Positions 8,701-15,200 of a stretch of DNA of 16,524 bases are shown here, piece after piece. Below the pieces are notes generated by a model. That model saw nothing but the letters and a program-made list of their open reading frames with translations. It was not told the origin of the DNA and made no database searches. The stretch comes from a virus (lineage: Duplodnaviria > Heunggongvirae > Uroviricota > Caudoviricetes). The first letter of the stretch is position 1; each line of letters begins with the position of its first letter. The translations under genes and the position numbers were made by a program. The stretch covers positions 3,455-19,978 of the IMG/VR virus record IMGVR_UViG_3300002348_000001; one strand, 5' to 3'.

Positions 8701-9208
8701 CTATATCAGGATCCCCATCTTCTGTAATATATTCAATAAAATAATCCCCAACTTCAGCTCCTAAAGCCATAGCAGAATTTTCATCGGTTATTTGTTTAGG
8801 TTCAGAACTTTTACCATAAATATCAGAACCTATTTTATTTTTAGCAACATTAATCTCAATAGCATAACTATAATTAGCTAACATGTTGGTAATCAACTCA
8901 TTACGATCTGTTGTATTAAATGATTTGAGAAGTTCTATTTGGTCTTTAGGAATACTAAGATCAGATTGTACCTTGTTCCAAAAAGCATCTCCTTTCACTC
9001 TATTCTTTTCTAAGGAAGAAAAAAGTTTAATAGCCTTCTCAGATTGTAAAGCATCTACAGATTTTAATCCAGCTTTAACAATAGAACTTTTACTCTCACT
9101 TTCAGGAACATTTCCTTCATAAAGATCCCATAAAGCATAAGCAACATTCTCTCCTCTAGCTGCTACTAACAATTTCCAAGAATCAAGATTTATATTAGGA
9201 CATGCCAT
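2756..9208 (-). CDS. 2150-aa multidomain (polyvalent) virion cargo / ejection-type protein: EVQSD domain + zincin-like domain + PD-(D/E)xK nuclease + helical C-terminal region with hydrophobic segment
   Basis: Uninterrupted ORF, ATG 3 bp after the RNAP stop (TAA AAT ATG, A at -3), TAA stop at 2756-2758. Domain motifs are listed as separate features. The virion/ejection role is inferred from size, position between RNAP and tail fibre genes, and helical composition. Confidence 0.75.
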   Translation of the reverse strand: MACPNINLDSWKLLVAARGENVAYALWDLYEGNVPESESKSSIVKAGLKSVDALQSEKAIKLFSSLEKNRVKGDAFWNKVQSDLSIPKDQIELLKSFNTTDRNELITNMLANYSYAIEINVAKNKIGSDIYGKSSEPKQITDENSAMALGAEVGDYFIEYITEDGDPDIAIFKTLEEANRAFNTQRAANNSSVYSNLTVPGGTNYTENEIATPAITPSIKGHAQFATDQGIGWFRSDDSIVGIQNRKALPQEIEEVRDTEGAQAAKELEKNGIPGVGGTPTTTRRILEVQSDLFQKGRDSKVLSKKLDIKKVGDTFISNGEKFTVTNIDTDSNLYELITISNQEGKTATLRRSALEKRFDERGDNSSDNQFLQLLNKNSNWVTFFIKSILQDSAKKGYEKVLFPSGNTASKVEGHTTLEEFKKQKENRIKELEESSILKNKNVDGFYYIQRYLEDENGNEVLTWRKVSNETGREKTATKEEIESLKSKFSEETKNEINQLKKELEDVEKNGFGALKPIYNFYENTVKNILNKQYGKDNVKQITDEYGNTWNEVEIVPEREQKQILLQKEGMPASKASAETLSKVKEAAKKMGISIQQLSDYLKGNKDVTTKGINGLADLVRGIIAVAEGKEDVALTEEMVHVATAILEQMDPRLVTEMISKIDRFKIYKQVYDQYKDVYKLPNGKPDIRKIKKEAVDKLLVEVIINKAGATEAYPELMEEATQSLFRNFWNKILDLIRGVYRKSNISIFEEVGARVIEGEVGGTISDISEGGIFYQLSDAQKKVQEKIQETRNSINKVVSDEKSDEVLADSDESTNWYEISLPDGTKQKITKRVTDLVKEWYKKRFKDKKFTPEEKAFNEMKRKYGVEGHADFEEIHNRYYNKDGTKKTTPDPRPVKFNLPSEEMYNMLENYYVSLLQTLDKDALVFSEVIVYNPKDKRAGTIDFLAVDPSGKGHILDWKFMQINGEDVAWFKQGAFDIQLGTYKNILKDFYGIKEFGMNRAIPIAMDFGYKEKGNKSSGLELKGIAIGSIDKTKIQDLRLVPVSEQTESTGYEDLDNIIKKLNSMLKQIGKEEVTDDDERLFKIERLNTIRKAVRLLQGQNNIASLIDVVGIMREEGDQLLNDYNTIYKNRPASSNDSNNKELSDFAEKMRVHLRIIDVFENIGRDIGHLVYTKDMLENAKTEEEREDVARRKDIHDQLMAQSNAIYRSKEQLTKAAQDFADKHVGQRNLVFGLLSPEAVIKGLSSNFRGISELPSKALQLLYKVVRGAQGEASKASLERVQKLMDIRKKLAEQGGDLRTIVQQIYQKDDKGGIVNKLIHRYSRKFHEEVDAKAKEGGDKQWLLDNIDVEEYKKEANKRLEDQIKKIERQIYTSDKNENEAIRVKNIKEAQEMWDIDNKNFNGWNNYIIKRHPLPKWYSEEYKNILKNPILLELYNFIGSINEEAKEAGYITNKVMKTFLPFVRKGAAEELAWDHSISPLKNFSESLKMQTDDVGFGSFNELTGELENSVPKYYTYDFTRKDGVNDYSDVSEDLFKNMILYIQQMEKYKYLSAVEGQLQLVKTVEQFKGHLATDRSANVVKQGGKIIEIPGNEENTKMYDDFLRVLLYGQKYVLSDTDTPLNVGKVLNFVKNGVNTITGREVFKIDEEPSATSLVKTMDAANRAFQLKALGFEFISGAVNMFGGNIQVATQAGDYFKARDFLKNQAKLAVQRFDNEEDREIFVQLVNTFMPLKDDPSTDIYKYEAGMTALTRKNLGDMLMVFMRKPEQLIEKSIFVTLLENMMVDNGRIVNINDFVKNKYKNRYKSSSEYKQSKEAIKAEVEELKKTKSIAVTKKLVNGKLEIPGLDLSNQRELQRLTELTRRISRNATGGMSDGDINRMSMSVWTNSMMLFKSWIPKLADTRFSEFRKVSDDFSVTVDEDGVKGEKYDIGRIRLLAYVLGTSIRDKSANITNLIQMNDKGIALIDKMYEDFAEKYEKRTGETLNMTKEDFADMIRTNLRNEIKELAILGALLGVMISLGFMAPDDEEDKATKNFFRYSQRVVDKFVGELSFFYNPVNFESLLSGSMFPAIGLITDYTRFTSHFVREVTGFDITDPTLSAEEVRKKAMPIKYAAKALPVAKSALTYGAILNNEFAKEFDITIQKESSMK
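3137..3190 (-). other. Candidate transmembrane helix LAILGALLGVMISLGFMA (aa 2007-2024)
   Basis: 18 consecutive uncharged, mostly aliphatic residues, followed directly by the acidic PDDEEDK. Confidence 0.55.
6240..6630 (-). other. RecB-family PD-(D/E)xK nuclease domain
   Basis: Motifs in canonical order: YGVEGH(870)ADFE, SE(929)VIV, AGTID(944)FL, ILD(958)WK(960)F, Q(980)LGTY(984). No Cys cluster, so not an Fe-S Cas4/AddB type. Confidence 0.8.
7070..7450 (-). other. Zincin-like metallopeptidase fold with variant motif EEMVH (7286..7300, aa 637-641)
   Basis: GINGLADLVRGIIAVAEG (strands) - ALTEEMVHVATAIL (HExxH-position helix with the first His replaced by Glu) - KKEAVDKLLVEVI (helix with a candidate third ligand). 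Boundaries approximate. Confidence 0.55.
7545..8629 (-). other. Unassigned conserved-looking domain with EVQSD motif (possibly GNAT-like), interrupted by insertions
   Basis: YSNLTVPGGTNYTENEI...KGHAQF...GIGWFRSDD / RRILEVQSDLFQKG / NWVTFFIKSILQDSAKKGYEKVLFPSG / FYENTVKNILNK. This resembles an (E)E[IV]QSD..Q + W....K..l..A...Gy..v pattern I recall from large phage-injected proteins. No family name can be supported without a search. Confidence 0.45.
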
Positions 9209-9211
9209 ATT

Positions 9212-12200
9212 TTAACATTTATTATTTTTAATTATTGTTCCTGCTTCAGCCAATGTGTAGCCCATGTCTACAAGCATTTTTGTGTTTAATTGCTCAGATG
9301 AATATGTTTTTCCATCTTTAAGAGACACTGTTTTTTCAGTAGTTGTAGACTCCAAAGATACTAAATTTTCATCTAAATATGATAAAATTTCATCATCTTC
9401 TTTTTCTTGTTCCACTTTTAAAAATCCATTATCTATCTTAGATTTTTTAGCTACATCATACATTTCTACAGCCCTGAAAGAGTCTCCCCAAGCATTAACC
9501 ATTTTATAAATATATTCAGTAATAACAATATTTTGTCCATCTTTATTCATTGTATATTCATTAGTAAATGGTATATCTCCGCTATATATTTTTTTGAAAA
9601 GTCCTTTTTTAATATAAGAATAATCACCCTTCTTTCTCATAGCTTCTTTCTCATATTTATTTCCCACTTCCCATGTAAACACAACATAGTCAGAGTCTGC
9701 TTCCCTGGATTTTGTATTAAACTTAATCAATTGAGGAATATCTCCAGTTTCCATAGGTTTATTAAACCCAGATAAATTTCTAAAAAAATCAAAATTTTTA
9801 TATCTCCAATTACCAAATTGATCTTGTTTTTTAACTAGTCTTCTACTAGGAACAACATCTCCATCATTCCAATTATTTCTTTGAAAAACTCCTAATTTAT
9901 AAAAATCATTAAGATTTGGAATTGTCTCAAGCTTTGATAGGGTCTTATTGTAGATTTCTTTAAAATCTTCATAAGGAATAAGAGATGTAAATGATATTGG
10001 AGACCTATTTAATCCAGATTGCAAAACAGCGAGCCTAACTAAGTTTCCATATAAAGGACTTTTTATACCTTTAAAGTATTGTTTTAGTTCTTCAAAAGCA
10101 TAGATAATTTGATTTTGATCATACACTTTATTATCTCTACCAACAATCTTTAAATTGTTTGTTCCGTTTTCTAGTTTTTGAGAAAATACAGGAACAAGAC
10201 TATTTATTAAAATATTATCTTTTAAAGGATGTTTGCTAGATTTTTTAACATCTACAATAAAATCTGACATTTGTTTAGCCACATTGTTATTTTCTAAAAG
10301 AATTCTTTGTACCATTGTATTAAGATCTCTATCATTCTGCACTGCCCAATCAAAAAGATCATTCACTGCCTTTTGAGAAATTTTAACAAAATCCCTATCC
10401 GATTCATTTATATACGGAAGTAACACTTTTTCCATAACTCCTCTAACATTAGTTTGGTCAGAAACAAGTATTGTAGAAAGAGCATTTCTTAATTTAAGCA
10501 ATAAATCACTTAAATTTCCTATGAAAGAATTTTCTAATATATCATCTACAGAAGATATAATAGATGTTTTTGCTTTTTTAAGTTGTTCCATTTTCTTAAA
10601 TACTAAAAATGGATCATTAAAAGAAGCTGTATCAAAATTAGAACCCTGTGTAACTAAGTATAGCTGATTAGCCATCTTAGCATACTTAACAAACTCAGAT
10701 AGGATAAATCTTTGATCTGCTTTCTGCTCTGGAGATAAATTTTCTCCTTCTCCAATCATATCCCATAATTTACTCTTGCTAGGTATTTTAGTGGGCTTTG
10801 TAATAGATGAATCATATTTAGAAATAACATCTTCAAATATGTCCCCAATAAATAACCAAGAATACCCAGACCTTTCTATGGATTTTAAATAATCTCTCAC
10901 AATGGGTTGGTTCATGAAATAAGCAATAGTGTCGATTGGTACACCTATCTTAGCTAAAAACAACCATGTACTAGCTACATTAGGAGTGGCTCCTAATTCC
11001 ATAATCCAGGGTCCTTTAGATATATCCACATATCCATCAATAAACTGTCCATTTATATCTGATATATCTTGGCCTTCTGCATTTTCTATCATAGAAAGTG
11101 TAGGAACTTTTTCTCCATCCACTTCTATACTGTTATACTGTTCAAAGTTAATTTCTGCATCACCCAACCACTCTCTGTCAGCAGCATCCTGTATTGCTAA
11201 TTTATTTTTATCTATGTAAATAGGAGATCTCTGATTTAATGAGTGATTAGTTTGACTTACAGCAGCAATACCAATAGCATATTTACCACTAACAAATGCT
11301 TGTCTAAGTCTTGACATAAACACCCTGTTTAGCATGTTTCCTGTAGAATCATAGTTAAAAGCCCCCACTCCTAATTTATCAGAGATTTTTTTAGATAAAT
11401 CTTTAAGTTGATCTGCGGAGTTTGGAGAAGTAAGTCTTTTGAAATTTTTAGGATGAGAAACAAGTTTTTCACAAGACTCTATATATTCATTTTCTAAAGA
11501 CTCTTTGTACATTTTGTCTTTAAACTCTTCTAATAAAATCTGCTGTACATCCCAATTAGTTAATTCAGAAAGTTTTTTACCAAGTTTTTCTAATCTTTTT
11601 ATAAAAATTTCCTCAATATCAGCAACTAATAATTTACCGTCTTCAGTTTCTTTTTCAAACATTTGTTTAAAAATAGGAATCCATTTATTAGCTGTTTTGT
11701 CACTAGATATTCCCAAAGAAATATCACTGAATAAAGACTGTAAATCAGCTGTAGATATTTTTTTAGCTTCTGCTTTATCTATTTTGCTTTGTAAAATATC
11801 AAAGAAAATATCTTCATATTTATTTTTGTTATTAGGATCTATACCAAAAAATGGTACAATCTCTATATTTCCTTTAGCATTTTTAAATACGTTTTTAAAG
11901 TATATAGAAAGTTTATCTATATCAAAGTCAGATCCCACTTTCTGAACCAATGCTGAGGGAATTACAACAGAGTCTCCAAATTCCTTAGGAAGAAATCTTT
12001 TAATTTTAAAAACATCAATAGAGTTTTGCTTTTGTGTAGGAATACGGTATGCAAGTCCAGATAGAATTTTTTGTCCTTCTGGAGTTTCATTTAAATATTT
12101 TAAAAGCTCTTCGTCAGACAAATCACTCTTAAACCATCTACCCACCATTATTTCACACACACGTTTACCATCCTCATCCTTATAAAACTCAAGAGTGTCA

Positions 12201-15200
12201 GATGTATATCCTAGTTTTCCGTTAATTTCTCTTAATTCTGTTTTTGTAGATTCTAATAAAGCAGCAGGAATTTGTACTTTTAATCCACCAGAAATTTTAG
12301 GAGAAATTACTTCCTTATCTGCTATGGAATATAAAATATTTCTTATTTGTTGGTAGGCAGGTGTGGCCTCTAATATTACAGAACCTTGTGCATAATTTCT
12401 TACAGCCTCACTTATATTATCATTAACCTCTCTTTTTAATAACTCTTGTCTTAAAAACTCTGCAACTTTTTCAACATTATCTGGTTCAATAACATATCCA
12501 TCAGTAGTTTCTGTTATATGCAATTTATTCAATAAAGAGTTATATCCTTCTGTAGCAATAGCTTCTAAAAGATTTTGATTGTTTTTTATTTCTTTATAAA
12601 GAGTAGATTCTTTTATTCTACCTTCTTCGTCTAATGCATACCAAGCTTTATACCTTTCTGGAAATGTTTTTGTTTCTTCAAAGTCTACAGGAACTCCTGC
12701 TTCCATATAATCCATAGTGATGAGTTTTGTCACCTGGGATCCTCTAGTTACCAAAGGAGTGTCTTTAGAAGGCACTTCAGATTGAACACTCATTATGTCA
12801 AAAGGAACATTGAACACTCCTTCAAACTCATTAGTGTTAAAACTACCATCCTCGTTATATACAGAATTAGTTTTTTCAGCTCCCACTTTTCTAGCACTCT
12901 TAAACACTACATAATCAATGTTTTCTTCCTGCATTTTATCATAAAGCTTTAATGCGTTGGAAGAAGCATTTATCTCATACATCACTCTATATGATAATGG
13001 ATATAATGCAAACTTGTCTAGCATTACATCATTGTAATTTTTACCATTATCTTTATTTCCAGCTACAATAGGTTTAACTGGTGTATAAGCACTCTTTGCA
13101 GCAGGATTCTTATTAAGAAGCTTTTGTAACTCTTCCTTAGAGGCTCCTGATTTAGCAGCTTCTTCAAATTTAATATCAAACTTATATTGAAGCTCTTCGT
13201 TTTCATTCCATTCTCCAGAACGAATTCTAAAATTTCTATACGCTTTAAAAGAAATTATACCACTACCATCCGTTTCTTCATATTCTTTATATCCAGGAAG
13301 ATCAATCACTCCTACAATATCAGCTAGTGTTGTGGTCTTAAAGTAATTTTTATTAAAATCTGTATACCCTAAATCTCCTTTTTTAAAGCCTTTATTCCAA
13401 ACATTATTTAATAGTGAATTTATATTGTCTGATCCTAATAAACGTTGTCTAGGAGAGAGAAAGTTTTTAATACGTTTTAATTCATCGCTGTATTGATAAG
13501 GATCTGAATATAATAACTTATGAAGTTCTATATTGTTAATCATAAAGTTGATATTCAAAGCTGTCAACTCTCTGTTTAAATCATCAATATTTTCAAACAC
13601 AGACTCTGAAAGTGCTATGTTTTCCACTTCCCAGCCTAAATCTGTTTTATTTATAATACCATAAGAAAGTAAATTATTTCTAAATTTATTTACATCTTCC
13701 TCAATAAAACTCTTTAGAGCAGCATTAATTTTTGACTCATATTTTTTATAAACTTCTTCTGGAGTTCCAGTTTCTTTCACAATATCATTATGCAACTTCT
13801 CTCCAAGAATAGGTTTAAAGAATCTAAGATCTGTACTTTTTCTAGTTTTTGTCTCTTTTGTGTTTCTATTTACATCTCTAGATAATAGTAATTCTGAAAT
13901 AAAATATCCTTTAAATATTTTATTAACATCTTCCATTCCTGTAGCTCTTAATCTTTTTACAGAAACATGATTACCCATATATGCCATCCATTCCATAGAA
14001 GCATCTCCAGGGACAAGATTCATATAATATCCATTAAGATTTAAATTAATTTCTTGTATTAATCTTTCTCTATAGGTTAACTTAGAAGATTCTTTTTTCT
14101 TACCACTCTGTTCATTAATTGTACCATCTACATATCCTATAGATAAATAGTTTTCAATATCTTCTCTTTTTTCCCCTGTCTCTAAATTAAACATTTTGTT
14201 TAATATAACAGAATTCTTAACAAAAGAATCTGTTAATAAATACTGATATTGAGCGGGAACATCATTTAAATTGTTAACCTGAGAAAGTACATCGTAAAGA
14301 TCACTACCAGGATTGGTTCCTATAAAAGACTGCACTCTTTCTCCATTAAGATTGAAATATGTACTGTCAAATTCTGGAGTGGTAATTATTGCTTTTATTG
14401 TAGCTAGTTTTAATAGCTGGCCCTCAATATCTAACACCTTACCAGATATAGTGGCTATTTCTTTAGCTTGCTCAATACTTGTTCTAATACCATCTACAGC
14501 TGTGTTAAATACTTTTAATTTATCACTGTTAAGAGATTTTAATTCTTCCTCTGTAAAAGATATTCCTAATTTTTCTAAAAACGCTATTCTTGCTGATGCA
14601 CTTAAAAGAGTTTTAGGAACAGATTTAGGCTCTCCTTTAAATCTTCTAGTCTTATCATCATATACAAAATAAGAACTTTTCTTAGTTTTTATTGCATCAA
14701 CTATTTGAGAAATAAAATCTGATCTTAATTGTCTTGCTGCAGAAGAAAGATTTGAATCTCCTATTACAACATCATCATTAGAAAGAATAAACACTGCTTT
14801 TACATCAGCATTCATTTTCTTAAATGTTTTCCAGAATGAAGCAAGTAATTGGGCCTCATGTGGTTCTGTTAAATTAGAATAATCAATTCCTTTAACAGTT
14901 ATAGCAGATTTAGTAAGTCTTTCATATAATGTTTTATAATTATTATCTTTTAAACCTAATTCTTTAAGTCCTTGTAACATTTCTTCTATAGTCTTGGCAC
15001 TATGAACTTGGTTCATTACTTTCATAAAAACCTCACTAGTAGGAATTAACTTAGCACCATTCACTGTAGAACGGTCCATATTACCATCTCTATCCACTCT
15101 AGCAACAGTGGATAATAACATTTTTATAGCTGCATTAGCCTTTTTAAAATTGTCAATTTTTCTAGCATCTTGATAATCTGATTTTCCAGAATTGTTCTCA

